Source of the DNA: Heptranchias perlo
Taxonomy: Eukaryota
Length of the DNA stretch: 64,000 bases
NCBI RefSeq assembly: GCF_035084215.1
Contig: NW_027139442.1
Span: forward strand, 5,208,001-5,272,000
Direction: 5' to 3'
Made by a program: the position numbers and the translations under genes. Below are positions 12,400-26,173 of this stretch, piece after piece; positions within the stretch are counted from its first letter, which is position 1, and the number at the start of each line of letters is the position of its first letter. The notes beneath the pieces were generated by a model. The model saw only the letters and a list, made by a program, of their open reading frames with translations, searched no databases and was not told the origin of the DNA.

Positions 12400-13680
12400 T
12401 AAAATTCTATTTTATCACAGGGTCCAGTTCAATCAACCTGAGCAGTTTTCCACTCTCCTTGTGTGAAAAAGAGCTTCCTGATTTCAATCCTAGACGCCCT
12501 AGCTCTAAATTTAAGGTTATGTCCTCTTGTTCTGGATTCCCCCACCAGAGAAAATAGTTTCTGTTTCTACCACTTCGAATCCCTTTATCATTTTAAATCC
12601 CTGGATCAGATCACCCTTCAAACTTCTAAACTCAAAGGAATGCAAAACCAAGTTTATGCAACCGGTCCTCATAATTGAACACTTCAATGCCCAGTATCAT
12701 TCTGGTGAATCTGCACTGTCCCCCCTCCAAGGTCAATATATCCTTGGTGAGGATCAGTACTCCAGATGGGCTCTGACCAAGGCTCTGTAGAACTGAAGCA
12801 TCACTTCCTTCCCTTTGTATTCCAACACTGGAGATAAAGGCCATTAGTCTGTGGTTGCTTTTTGCATCTGTGCACTAGCATTTAGTGATTTGTGTACATG
12901 GACACCCAAATCCCTTTGCTCCTTCACCATTCGCAGTCTCTCACTTTAAGAAAATACTCCAATGTTACCTTTTTGCATCCAAAGTGAATGATCTCACACT
13001 TCCCCACATTGAACTCCATCTGCCACAGTTTGTCCATTCACTTAAACTTTCCCTTTGTAACTTCCTGCTCCCATCTACACAACTTACTGTGCCTCATAAA
13101 TTAGTGTCATCTGGAAACTTGGATCTACAACTCTCTATTCCTTCATCCAAGTTATTGATAAATATGGTGAAAAGCTGAGGCCCCAGTCCAGATCCATGGG
13201 GACACCACTAGTCATATCCCGCCAATCAAAGAAAATTCCCTTTCTCCTTACTCTTTTCTCCGACCTCCCAACCAAGGTCACTTTCAATTTTGTGCCTTTT
13301 ATTTATTCCATTAATCTCTTGTGCTGAACCTTTTCAAATGCATTCTGTAAGTCCATATAGAAAACCTTCATAGACAATCCACTGTCCACCTTGTTAGTTT
13401 CCTCAACAAATCCAACGAAATTAGTCAGATATGACCTGCCGTTCACAAATCCAAGTTGACTCTAAAATGACAGGTCTGTATTGTCCTGGTTTCTCCCTCC
13501 TTCCTTTCTTAAATAAACGGAGTGACATTTTCAACATTCATATCCAAAGGCACAATTCCTGAGTCTGGAGAGCTTTGGGAAATTATGATGAATGCATCTG
13601 CAATTTCCCCACCTGTTTCCTTTAAAACTCTGGGGTGGAAACCGTCACATCCTGGAGATTTCATTCTTAGTTTGCAGTTA
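12400..13680 (-). mobile_element. Decayed CR1-clade LINE RT fragments
   Basis: Minus strand LEGGQCRFTRMILG...YEDRLHKLG and further RT-like segments with stops. Confidence 0.75.
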
Positions 13681-13689
13681 TTTATTTAT

Positions 13690-13980
13690 CTGACTGTGTA
13701 TAACAGGACTGAGTGTCCCAGCACTCAGTGTGTGTATAACAGGACTGAATGTCCCAGCACTGATTGTGTCTACAACAGGACTGAATGTCCCAGCACTGAC
13801 TGTGTCCATAACAGGACAGAGTGTCCCAGCACTGACTGTGTGTATAACAGGACTGAATGTCCCAGCACTGAATGTGTCTACAACAGGACTGAATGTCCCA
13901 GCACTGACTGTGTCTATAACAGGACTGAGTGTCCCAGCACTGACTGTGTGTTATACAGGACTGAGAGTCCGAGCACTGAG
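13690..13980. repeat. 36 bp minisatellite, ~8 copies
   Basis: Unit CTGACTGTGTGTATAACAGGACTGAATGTCCCAGCA. Confidence 0.95.
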
Positions 13981-13984
13981 GGTG

Positions 13985-14200
13985 GCGAGACATGCGGTTG
14001 TCGGTGGAGATTAAATCGGTTGCAGTGGATTACAGAGATAGGGAGAGGGTGAGGGCCATGGAGGGATTTGAACAGGAGGATTGTAGGGCTGGAAGAGGGT
14101 GCAGAGATAGGGAGGGGGTGAGGGCCATAGAGGGATTTGAACACGAGGATGAGAATTTTAAAATCGAGGCATTGCCACACCGGGAGCCAATGTAATAGAA
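13985..14200 (-). mobile_element. L2-clade LINE fragment with short internal duplication
   Basis: Minus strand LHWLPV...FKILILVFKSLYG, repeated as FKSLHG. Confidence 0.75.
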
Positions 14201-14267
14201 CACGAACAGAGCAAGACACACACAGAGGCCTCACAACAGAGCATGGACGGTCTGAAAGACCACCTCC

Positions 14268-14563
14268 CTCCAGGGGTCACGATACCTCCATCCCGGGGTC
14301 GCGGTCCCTCCATCCCGGGGTCTCAGTCCCACCGTTCCAGGGTCTCGGCCCCTCCATCCCGGGGTCTCAGTCCCACCGTTCCAGGGTCTCGATCCCTCCA
14401 TCCCGGGGTCTCGGTCCCACCATCCCGGGGTCGCGGTCCCTCCGTCCCGGGGTCTCAGTCCCACCGTTCCAGGGTCTCGGTCCCTCCATCCCGGGGTCTC
14501 GGTCCCTCCATCACGGTGTCTCGGTCCCACCGTCCCGGGGTCTCGGTCCCTCCGTCCCGGGGG
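14268..14563. repeat. 22 bp GC-rich minisatellite, ~13 copies
   Basis: Unit CGGTCCCTCCATCCCGGGGTCT alternating with CAGTCCCACCGTTCCAGGGTCT. Confidence 0.95.
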
Positions 14564-14564
14564 T

Positions 14565-14960
14565 TGCGACCCCATTAACGGCGATCGTGCCTGAAGTCGG
14601 AGGAGCTGTTGCTCGGACCGCCCTCACGGCGCCATTCCAAGGCCCCGGGGCCCAGGCCACTTCCAGATGCGGACCCTCCCTCTGTCGGTCTCGACCCCGC
14701 CCACAGCAGCGGCCCTCCGACCGCCGACCCGAGGCCGCCATCATCATCCTCCCGGGACGCGCCTGTTGCTAAAGGAACGCGGCATAGGGACCGCGCGGCG
14801 CATGCGCGGCGCCCCTCGGGCCGGAGATGGATGTGCTCATCGCGATGTCAGCGCGCAAAGGTGAGAGACGATGCCGCGTGTCACGTGATAGGAGGAGTCA
14901 GCCCAGGACGCAGGCGGGCGGAGGTGAGGGCTGTCAATCAAAGGGCCCGGAGTCAGCATT
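14565..14960 (-). promoter_or_regulatory. CpG-island promoter-like element
   Basis: GCGCATGCGC at 14798-14807; YY1-like GATGGCGGC (minus, ~14734-14742); palindrome CATCGCGATG ~14838; E-box GTCACGTGAT ~14880. Confidence 0.55.
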
Positions 14961-15544
14961 CACTGCGCACAGGGTTTGGAGAATTTGTTCAAAAAATAAA
15001 AATGGAAATGTACAAAAAAGTGGATAAATTGCAAATTCAATAAGCTGAATTAAAAACAGAAATGTCTAAAGTCACATAAGGCTAATGGTCTGGGTCCTCC
15101 TGCCTCTCTCAGTCTTCTCTACCTGGGGCACAGGATGAGCAGAATGCTTGAATCTATATTTTTTAATGCAGAGTGCGCTGGATGTATGGAATGGACCAGC
15201 AAGGGAGGCAGTGGGGCCTGATTGTATCAGCAAATTCCACAGAGTTGGGAAAGTACCTGATAGCGCTACCTTGGGATATGACAGCCTAGAAATTGGGATC
15301 TTTCATTCATTTTTTACACTTGTGCACTTATTTTTATTGATTGGTGTACCTGGACACCCAAACCCCTCTGCTCCTCCACAGTCCCTAGTTTATCACCCTT
15401 AAGAAAATACTCCCTATTTCTCACCTGATGCCTGCAATAAATGATATTTGTATAACTTCCAACATCTTTACGATTCGGGTCTGTTTCCACTCTTCAGTGT
15501 CCAATAAGAAGAGACATAGTGAGACTGGAACTTTATTTAATATT

Positions 15545-16060
15545 TCAAAATATACTTTATTTCATAAAATTCATGAATACACACAGTTCAATGTAAATAT
15601 TACAATTACAATTCAAAACAAATACAATACACATCATACGATTCCATTATTACAAGTCAAAACACAGTAAATATCTTCTAACACATGCTGTACAATGCAA
15701 GGTGGGATAGCCTTACACGGTTGCCTTTCCCCATAAAGCCTTTGTGCAGGCCACACCTCGCTTCAGTGTGCACCTCAGCATGAAATACTGGACCTTGGAT
15801 TGTGCCAGTGGCCAACACTTGGCCGCGGACAGTTCCCTCGGCAGGAAGACCAGCAAGATTCGGGGGAACAAAGGGCCTCCTTGACCGAATTGATGGTCTT
15901 CCAGCAGCTGTTGATATCTGTCTCGTTGTGCATCTTGGACAACTGCCCATAGAGGACAGCGACCTGTGTTACCGAGCTGTTGGGGATGAACTCCTCTTCG
16001 ACACCACGGTATAGGGTTTCAGTCTCCGTTGGGTGGGTTATCAGCTTTTACCCGAATACA
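15545..16060 (-). mobile_element. Tx1-like (L1 clade) non-LTR retrotransposon 3' end
   Basis: Minus strand HNETDINSCWKTINSVKEAL ... GKATV* C-terminus followed by A/T-rich 3' UTR with AATAAA. Confidence 0.7.
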
Positions 16061-16150
16061 CGGATCCATTCGCCCACATTCATGTTCGTGTTTGGCAAAC
16101 ACTATCTGATGTCTTTCACACACCTGTCGAACCTTGGGGTCAGAGACGTA

Positions 16151-16279
16151 GGGGGTAATTTCACCTTCACATCTTGGGCGGTAAAGTGACGGAGCAAGAA
16201 TTAAAATCGGGTCGGTTCTGTAAGGGGCGGGTGATCCGCTCTACCAGTTCAGTCCCCAGCAATGGTGAAAATTTCCCTC
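16151..16279. mobile_element. Short MITE-like element
   Basis: Imperfect terminal inverted repeats GGGGGTAATTTCACC / GGTGAAAATTTCCCTC flanked by TA on both sides. Confidence 0.5.
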
Positions 16280-18504
16280 TACGTGTTATGAACCGATGCA
16301 ATTTGTGAAAATGGACCAGCTTTTAGGCTTCGAAGATTCATTCTAGGGCGTAGGTCAGGAAAGGTGTGGCCGAATTTAAGTATCCTCGCCTGGCGGAAAT
16401 AGGGTGGTCGAGGCTTGTAAATGGTGTCAGGTCGTTACCGCCCCTTTAACACTGGCGTTCCTGCCTCCACCATCGTGGGTCATGTCCTGAGAAGAGAGGC
16501 CAGAACAACACCCACCTGTTTCTCGTCAGGCCACGTGTAAAATGTAAATCAGAGTATTATGACGTACAGGGGAAACCATTTAATGTTGGTTAAAAATGGG
16601 GGGAGGATCCGCCCTTTCGATGGGCATTGAGTGGTCCAGAACACTGAGAAGTTTCTTTTTAACTTATATTTTGTGGGCCAAGGAGGGGCAGAAGAGCTTT
16701 CCCTTGGCCTGCTCGAGCCGTGTGAAATCTCCCGGCCCCTGATCGTCTCAGAAATGTATCAGGAGGTTTCCATATAGATGTATGTAGCCAGGTCCAGCCT
16801 CATGTCCCATTAAACTCCCTGCAGTGAGTAAACATTGCTGCACAACAGCTCAGAGAGGAAACGATCTCCGGAACTCCCCACTGGAGTTAGAAATTACATT
16901 AATATTTTACCAGTTAGTAACGGTCCGGGTGTTGGTCCATTATTATTCTGTTCTGGTCTGAACAAATGTCCGAATGAACAGGACGCTGTCTGACCCTGAC
17001 AGCTCACCTTCAGTCCATCCCACCGGGCAGTGTGTGTGATGGGAAATAATCATCAACCGAAATGGAGCATTTGATTTTATTCATTGCAGGATTAAACATT
17101 TAATATTGAAATCATATTATTTCCCGACTAATAACAGCAAACCATTTCATGTTGGAATCAAATCTTGTATTATTTATCAAAAAGCATTTGTTGGATAAAA
17201 TATAATTCCTGTCTGGTATTTCCAAATTTATTTGAAGTATTGGATTGATATCAGTTACTTCAGTGAACTCATTGGTGTCAATGGATAGTAAAATCAGGCG
17301 TAGTGAACAATGGGGGCCCGATCCGCTATCGCCGACTTACTCCACCGCCAAAGCGGAAAATCCACTCTCATTCAGCAGTTTACATAAATCTTATTCCAGC
17401 TGATTTGTAGAATCTCATGTGTTGGGCTTTGAATTGTGAAGCGGATTTTCTCCGCCAGTTTTACCGTCTCACAGAGACTCTCACCCTGAATCGGTGAAAA
17501 GGTTATGACCATGAACTGGGACTGGAGCCGAACACATCCCCAGTTACGGTGAGGCCCGGACACCCCATTCTCTCTGTTTTATCTCAGACAGTATTCCACA
17601 TTCAAAATCAGCACTCGAGAGAGAAAGCGAGACACACACTGTCAGTCTTACACTTCCTATCAGTATGTTCATATCACGGTTAATAGCAGTATCCAACCTT
17701 CATATACAGCACCGGTGAGTGAGAGAGAAAGGCAGACAGATACTGTGACAGAGCGAGCGGAGAGGCACCGTGCAACAGTATCAGTTCCAGACTGACTTGT
17801 AAAGTTGCGTTTTATCCAGAAACTCCCGTTGTAGAGACAGAAGATGCAGTCTTGTCTCTCACTGATATACCAGAGACGGACACACTATTAATCCCACACT
17901 CAGGGACAGTGCAGAGAGTGACAAAAACAATGTGGGCCGAATTTAACCCTCTCTTGCCTGTTGTACTACATTCGGTTTTGCAGATCAAGGCCGTTCGCTC
18001 TTACTCTCAGTGACCGAGAGTTTCACTCTGATTCTATTAATATGGGACTGCTGCTGTCAGATATTAATCCTACACGCTCCCAGCAAGTACACGGACTCCA
18101 ACTTTCCTCCCATTTTTCTCCAGGATTGGTTTGAGAAATCCTGCATCCAGTTTCGGAGTCACACCTTACGTAATGGGAGAAGGGGCCAAGAATGAACAGA
18201 ATCCATTGGTTCATTTCAAAAAGTCCCACTTTATCTATGAAAGATTATGGACCATCAAAAGATACCGAGAGAAACAGCAGGGATGGAAACATCTAGTTTC
18301 ATAGTGAGAGATTGTAAAGTCAGTCTGGATTTCGGCGTTAGTCACTGGTGGAATCCCATCTGTTTTCCATTCTGGTGCCTGTTCCTGCACTGCCTGTGGA
18401 CCCCATTCCCTCTGACCTTTCCCCCAGCCCCACTTCCTTTGCTCAGACTCTGAAAAATTCCAATTGGGGAAAGTTTCCATCGATTTTTGTATTGGGAATT
18501 CAAC

Positions 18505-18700
18505 CAGATATCCGCGCATGCGTGACTCAACCCCGCCCCCAGCGCTGGTTGTTGGTGAGCAGAAGAGCGCATGCGCGCTCCCCTCCCCCAGCTCGGCCTG
18601 TGGGCGCCATTCCCTCAGTGAGCGGAAGAAGATTGTTTAAAACAGCCGGGAATGGAGAGATCACGGCCCCCGGGGGAAGGGAGCAAAGAGCAGCCTCGTT
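18505..18700. promoter_or_regulatory. Element X CpG promoter core
   Basis: NRF1-type GCGCATGCG at 18514 and 18567, TGACTCA, GC box CCCCGCCCC, CGCCATT (YY1), CGGAAG (ETS). Confidence 0.65.
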
Positions 18701-20079
18701 ACAGCAGCTCATCGCTTCGGGACCGTGTCCGCAGATGGGCTCAGAGATCGGCATTGAGTCCGGGTGAAGGGCAGGGGGAGTCCGTGGGCTGTTTGTAAGA
18801 GGCGGAGTGGATCAGGAACTGGTCCCGGAACATGGAGTGAGAGGGGGAAGGGAGAGGTCATTCTCGGGCTGTGTGTGTACAGGGTGTGTCCAGGGGAAGG
18901 GAGACAGAATGGGAAGAACCTGCTCTTTAAAATCATTGCTGCTTTCTCTCCCCAGACCAGTAGGTAATGTTCCTGGTTTAGGTCCAGTCTCACCCTGTTA
19001 ATTGTTATTGTAAAGTGAAGAGTGGAACAGAGCAGGACAGTAAGGATGTGGGGAGTTAAACAAAGAGCATCTATTGAAGGCACCAGGTGAGAAGTGTGAA
19101 GGACACATTTTAAACCGCGGTCGTTTTGTTTCGGTTGAACGGTTAGTCCCATGGGAGAGGGGATTAGAAACCTGACCTGCACAAAGGACCCTGCCCCATC
19201 GCGTAGTCCCATTTATCGATCAGTTGTGTTGTGTCTGGATGTCACTAAATTGTTGTAAAACAGCCCACCACACGTGGTGTGCAGAAGCTGAGTGCTGCAG
19301 TACTGCAGTGGAGTCAGATACTGACACTGTTTGTATTGCTGGTTTTGTGGATAATCAAAATAATCATTAACAAAGATATTAATTCGAACACTTTTATATT
19401 TTCTACCTCACTGGTTCTTGAGTTACAAGAGATAAATTTCTTCCTGCAGGCAAATCCTTGATGGACCCAGAATCAGTGTTATGTTTCCTCCACTCGAGGC
19501 ACAAGGAACAGTGCAGCCAACTCCTTCTCCCACACAGTAAGTACATTATCACACACAGCGCACAGAGACACAGAGGCACAGACAGGTCATCAGTTCCACA
19601 GTCTCAGACAGTAGAAGCAGTCAATCCCACACTGATCCCAAGTTCCATTTTCAATCCAACATTCAAACAAAGCAGGTGAGGCAGACGCTGTTCCATTTCC
19701 CCCGAGCTGAGTCCCGCTGACAGGTAGATACAGAAATCCCAGTCCAATATCACACTATCAGATTGAAAGGCACTGTGTCAATCTCACAATAGGGCAACAT
19801 AAGCTACGAATTAAATACCAGATCGAAATCACACATGGTACTCGATTGAAAGGGACAGAATGAAACCCAATAATTTACCCTGAGATTCCAATTGAATAAT
19901 TGCCCAGAACTCACACACTCACGTGAGTTTAATACACTGTTCGAATGGATATTGCATGTATCATGTGATACAAATTGCATACGTGTCCAAAACTCATGTA
20001 CAGTATCAGATTGAGAAATGCTGTGAGAGTGTAACCTGAGAAACAAATTAGATATCAGTTTATAATACACTCATAGTAT

Positions 20080-23000
20080 GAGATTTATAGATACAGTATC
20101 AATTCTATTAGTACAGACTGAGCTACACATTATACACCATTTGAAAAGTGTCACGAAATCAATTTGAAAGATACATTATCATTCACAACAGTACTCACAG
20201 AGATACAGATTTAATAGTAGCTCAAAAAGCAGACAAATTATGTGATTAAAACCTACAGCGTCAAATCCTACAGAGGACCCATATATACCAGTTAATGAGA
20301 AATAAGATCTAAACATGAAGATATTAAAGGTACAATTTTGAACGCCATAATGCAATCTTAGAGAATAATTACATACAGATACAGAATGAATCTCACACTC
20401 AGGTACAGTACCAGAGACTGACAGATGCAGAAGGAATCCCAAACTCACATACAATACTAGAGACTGACAGACACAGAGTGAATCCTACACTCACATATGG
20501 TACCAGAGATGACAGATACAGAATGAATCCCACACTGACACACTGTTCCAGAGACTGAGAGATACAAAATGAATCACACATTAGTGCAGGCTGAGTAACA
20601 TTACTTACCAGTTAAAGAAGTATCAGATTGAAAGATACAGTATCAATTACATTATTGCAGACTGATCTGCACGTTATAAACCACTACAAAAAACTGATGC
20701 AAATTCACTCTGAAATATACAGTATTCCATTGATGCAGACTGAGCTGCACGTCATATATAAGTTCAAAAATGTCAACATATCAGTTTGGAAGATAAACTA
20801 ATGCACAATTGTGTTCACATCGATACAGATTTAATAGTAGTCCGAAAAGTGCCCACATTCTCTGATTATATTCTACAGCATTTCATTATCAACCAATTAA
20901 ACACTGGGGAAAATATGCACAAATTGAGGTATTAAAGATACAGTTTTGAACACCATACTGAAAACGGAGAGACTAATTACATACAGATAAAGAATGAATC
21001 ACATATTCAGATAGAGGGCCAGAGACTGACACACAGAATGAAACCAGCACTCACACAATATAACAGTGACTGACAAATACCGAATGAATCCTACATTCAC
21101 ACACAGTACAAGGGACTAACAAATATAGAATGAATCACACACTCCCACAATACCAGAGCCTGACAGATACAGAATGAATCTCATACTCACAGACAGTACT
21201 AGGGACTGACAGATACAGAATGAATCCCACACTCACACACAGTACTGGGGACTGACAGATACGGAATGAATCTCACAGTCACACACATTTATGCAGTCTG
21301 AGTTACACATTACATATCAGTCCAAAAATCTCATAGTGTCAGATTGAAAGATACAGTATCAATTCCATTAGTGCAGACTGATCTACACATTATAAACCAC
21401 TACAAAAAACTGATACCAATTCAGACTGAAATACACAGTATTCCTTTCATGCAGACTGACCTACACATTATATACAAGGTCAAAAAAGTCACCATATCAT
21501 TTTGGAAGATAAACTAATTCACAATACAGATTTAATAGAAGTCCAAAAAGGTCCACATTCTCTGATTATAACCAACAACATTACATTTTAAAATGTATCA
21601 TTATCAACCATTGAAACACTGGGAAAAATATTGATACATTGAGGTATTACAAATAGAGTTTTGAACAACATACTGTAAACGAAGATACAAATTACATATA
21701 GATAAAGAATGAATCTCACACTCAGATGGAGGGCCAGAGACTGACACACAGAGTGAAATCAGCACTCACACAACCTAACAGTGAATGACAGATACCGAAT
21801 GATTCCTGCACTCACACACTGTAGCACAGACTGAAAGAGACAAAATTTATATCACTCACATACAGTACCAGAAATTGATGGATGCAGAATGAATGACTCC
21901 CTCACATATAGCAGCTGAGACTGACGGGAACAGAATGAAACCCTCATTCGCACACAATACCAGAGACTGATAGATACAGAATGAATCCCACACCCACATA
22001 CAGATACAGAATGAATCCCACACCCACGTACAGTAACAGAGACTGATAGATACAGAATGAATCCCAATCCCACGTACATTACCAGAGACTGACAGATACA
22101 GAATGAATCCCACACTCATACACATTACCAGAGACTGACAGATACAGGATGATTCCCACACTCATACACAGTACCAGAGACTGACAGATACAGGATGATT
22201 CCCACACTCACACACAGTACCAGAGACTGACAGATACAGGGTGATTCCCACACTCACACACAGTACCAGAGACTGACAGATACAGGGTGATTCCCACACT
22301 CACACACAGTACCAGAGACTGATAGATACAGAATGAATCCCACACCCACATACAGATACAGAATGAATCCCACACCCACGTACAGTAACAGAGACTGACA
22401 GATACAGAATTAATCCCACACTCACACACAGTACCAGAGACTGACAGATGCAGAATGAATTCCACACTCATACACAGTACCAGAGACTGACAGATGCAGA
22501 ATGAATCCAACACTCACACACAGTACCAGAAACTGACAGATACAGAATAAATCCCACACTCATACACAGTACCAGAAACTGACAGGAACACAATGAATCC
22601 CACACTCACACACAGACATTATTGCAGATCTGAGCTACATATTACACACCAGTCCAATAATTTCACAATGAACATATTAAAAGGTACATTATCATTCACA
22701 ATATCGTTCAGAGATTAAGATGTAACAAAAGTCCAAAACTCACACACGTTGTTTGATTGAAGAAAATCGAAAAATATATCCATGGTTACAAATTAAATAC
22801 TTGACGAAAAACTGCTTATACTTTAAATTATCAAGGCTGCAGTTTGAAGTAAAATAGTGGGAACTGAAATAAGAATACAGAATGAATCCAGATTTGCACT
22901 TTGTCTCAGGGATTGAATTACAGAATGAATGCCACACTGAGATAAATTAGCATATAATGGCAGATACAGAATGAATCCCACACTCACAGACAGGACCAGA

Positions 23001-23357
23001 GACTGACAGTTACAGAGTTAATTCCACACTTACACACAGTACCTGAGACTGGCAGATACAGAATTAATCCCACTCTCAAATACAGTGCCAGAGACTGGCA
23101 GATACAGAATGATCCCAAGCTCATATGTAGTGACAGAGACTGAGAGATACAGAATGAATCCCACACCCACACTCAGGACCAGAGACTGACAGATACAGAA
23201 AGAATCTCACACTCACAGAGACTGACAGATACAAAATGAATCTCACACTCACACACAGTACCAGAGAATGACAGATGCAGAATGAATCCCACACTCACAG
23301 AGTATCAGAGATTGACAGATACAGATTAAATCCCGCTCTCATACAGAGTACTAGAGA
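20080..23357 (+). repeat. Composite satellite array (46-bp and ~82-bp units)
   Basis: 46-bp unit CAGTACCAGAGACTGACAGATACAGAATGAATCCCACACTCACACA interleaved with ~82-bp CAGACTGAAAGATACAGTATCAATTCCATTAGTGCAGACTGAGCTACACATT units. Confidence 0.9.
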
Positions 23358-23390
23358 CTGGCCTCTACTGGACGTAGGCGAGAACTGTAA
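23358..23390 (-). promoter_or_regulatory. CTCF-like site at satellite edge
   Basis: Minus strand TACAG-N13-CCAGTAGAGGCCAG. Confidence 0.5.
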
Positions 23391-23984
23391 AAGAGCGGAA
23401 CAAATTCACATTATCTGTCGTGGTGACAGTGACAGGACAATGTGCAATGTGAAAAAAAGTTTCAGTCTGCAATTTCTACTCTCATATTTTTGCACGTTTT
23501 CTTATTGGAAAATGAAGACAATTAATTCATAATAAAGTTTTTGTTTTACTCATTCGATAGTTGTGAATTTACCCCCTTATTTTTGCACTTACGTTGCACA
23601 GTATTTCTCTCTGATTTCTCAGGACACGATTTACATTGCTCCTCTACCCCATTTAGTCTCGTATTTCCCAAGCAGTATGTGGCCTCCTTATTCCCCCTAA
23701 CAAAATTAATCAGATCACAACTTTCTATATTTAAATTCAATGCACATTGACACGACCGTTCTGCAAGCTGATTTTGTCGCAGTCTTCCTCAGTATTGACT
23801 ATAGTCCCGAAATCAATTACAATAATTTAACACAGCATTACAACTAACGTATGGTCTAAAAAAAATGTGCTTGCATCTCATCTCCATTCCAAGTTTTTCC
23901 AAATCTCACTCGTGCAATATAATGTGAAGAATGAGTTCATATTCTGTCCCTCTCTCATCTGCAAACTTCAATGTCCCGGGGTTT

Positions 23985-24018
23985 GGGGACATCTACTGGC
24001 CGAACGCAGAATTGCAAC
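23985..24018 (-). promoter_or_regulatory. CTCF-like site upstream of H2B promoter
   Basis: Minus strand TGCAA-N12-CCAGTAGATGTCCCC. Confidence 0.55.
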
Positions 24019-24266
24019 AGTTCGGAACAAATTGCTGAAACCGGACAATGTGCAGTGTGATTGGTGGCAGGTATGAAATCCGATTGGTTTCTTCAGGTAT
24101 CCAATCAGAGAGTTACAGTGAATAATTATTGTTACATCATTCCCAGTGACCCAATCATGATCATTGCCTTCCCCATCCCTCATTAGCATAGGGCTGTGGG
24201 GCTGCCTATTTAAGCCGAACTTGGAGCGGATTTGGGTCATTTCTGTTTCTGAAATTGAGTTTGAAA

Positions 24267-24641
<375 letters not shown>

Positions 24642-24672
24642 AACTCCACAATGTACTGAAAAAAAAAACAAC

Positions 24673-24688
24673 GGCTCTTTTAAGAGCC
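24673..24688 (+). terminator. Histone 3' stem-loop
   Basis: GGCTCTTTTAAGAGCC ACCCA. Confidence 0.95.
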
Positions 24689-25541
24689 ACCCACAACCTC
24701 TCTGAAAGTGCTGCATTTCTTATATATTTTCTTAGTATCTTTTTAATACCGCGATATTGTTCCAATCCAATACTGATACTGTAACTACGCCATTGAAATT
24801 TCTGACACATGAACTGAACGCGAGTTTATGATCCGCTCCTTCCCATTCGCTTTGTTCTAAAAGCGTTATTATTCCGGCCACGAACACACCCTGAATGACC
24901 ACCTTAGCAGTGCTATTATCTCTTTGAATTCAGTCTCCGAAATGTTTACCAACTGATGTGAAAATCCCCATATTAACAGCAACCACACCCCTTGCAGTAA
25001 AACAGCGGAGTAGGGGCAGAATGAGAACTCCGTCCGGGTCCCTCTTTTCACAGAAGCACACCCGGCTCTGTGAGAAGGGACCAATCTATAACGTGTCACT
25101 TTTAGAAAGATTAAATTGAAATGTGTCCCTTCACGGAATGCTGTGAATGGGGATTTAGTCCAGTCCGATACTGTTTGAAAGCGATGATGGAATAAGCCAT
25201 AATTTAAAGCAGGTTTTAAAATAGCTCCAGCGATTGGTGACGTGTAGCGCTGAATAAGACAAGGTAAAAAGAACGGGTTTAAAATCTTGTGCTCGGGGCG
25301 ACATTGATCCAAATCCGGTCCTTTACAAGACTGAAATTGGCGGTTTTTTTGAAATTCATAAAATTCCTGGTCCAACCGTTGAAGCCGATAAATCCCGCCC
25401 TCTTCTGTTTCTCAGGTATCTGATTGGTTAATGAAATATGCAAATAAGGTGTATTAGAGAACAACCAATCAGATGATCTTTCAGTCTTTGAGAAGGGCAA
25501 ATACAGCCGTCATTCTTCATTCTTTGTGAAAGTGTTTGTGA

Positions 25542-25949
<408 letters not shown>

Positions 25950-25979
25950 AGCGACCAAGAATTAATCTGATAACACAAA

Positions 25980-25995
25980 GGCTCTTTTCAGAGCC
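25980..25995 (+). terminator. Histone 3' stem-loop
   Basis: GGCTCTTTTCAGAGCC ACCCA, then GAAAGGGCTG HDE-like. Confidence 0.95.
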
Positions 25996-26138
25996 ACCCA
26001 CTTTATCTATGAAAGGGCTGGTTACTGTATGAACGGAGTCAGAAATCAATTTAATAATAAACAATCTGTTTCACATCTGGATCAAACTGCCTCCCGTTAG
26101 TTCCAAACGAACGATGTCTTGTTAAATACAAACGATCT

Positions 26139-26173
26139 GTTGCAGTACTCGCTTCCGGACAGTAGATGTCGCC
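26139..26173 (+). promoter_or_regulatory. CTCF-like site downstream of H2A
   Basis: GTTGCAG-N13-ACAGTAGATGTCGCC (first C of core changed). Confidence 0.5.

Noticed and set aside
13522-14772. Repetitive ORFs (YNRTECPSTDC; PGSRSL...)
   Set aside because: Products of 36-bp and 22-bp minisatellites joined to LINE fragments.
16340-17370. Possible further non-autonomous repeats
   Set aside because: Look repeat-derived, but no ends or family could be supported by eye.
21852-22513. Cys/Ser/Val-rich ORFs (WDSFCICQSLVL...) across satellite arrays
   Set aside because: Translation of a 46-bp satellite cycling through frames; not coding.
20080-23357. CRISPR-like appearance of the regular 46-bp array
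   Set aside because: No unique spacers, whole units are homologous, vertebrate context, no cas genes.
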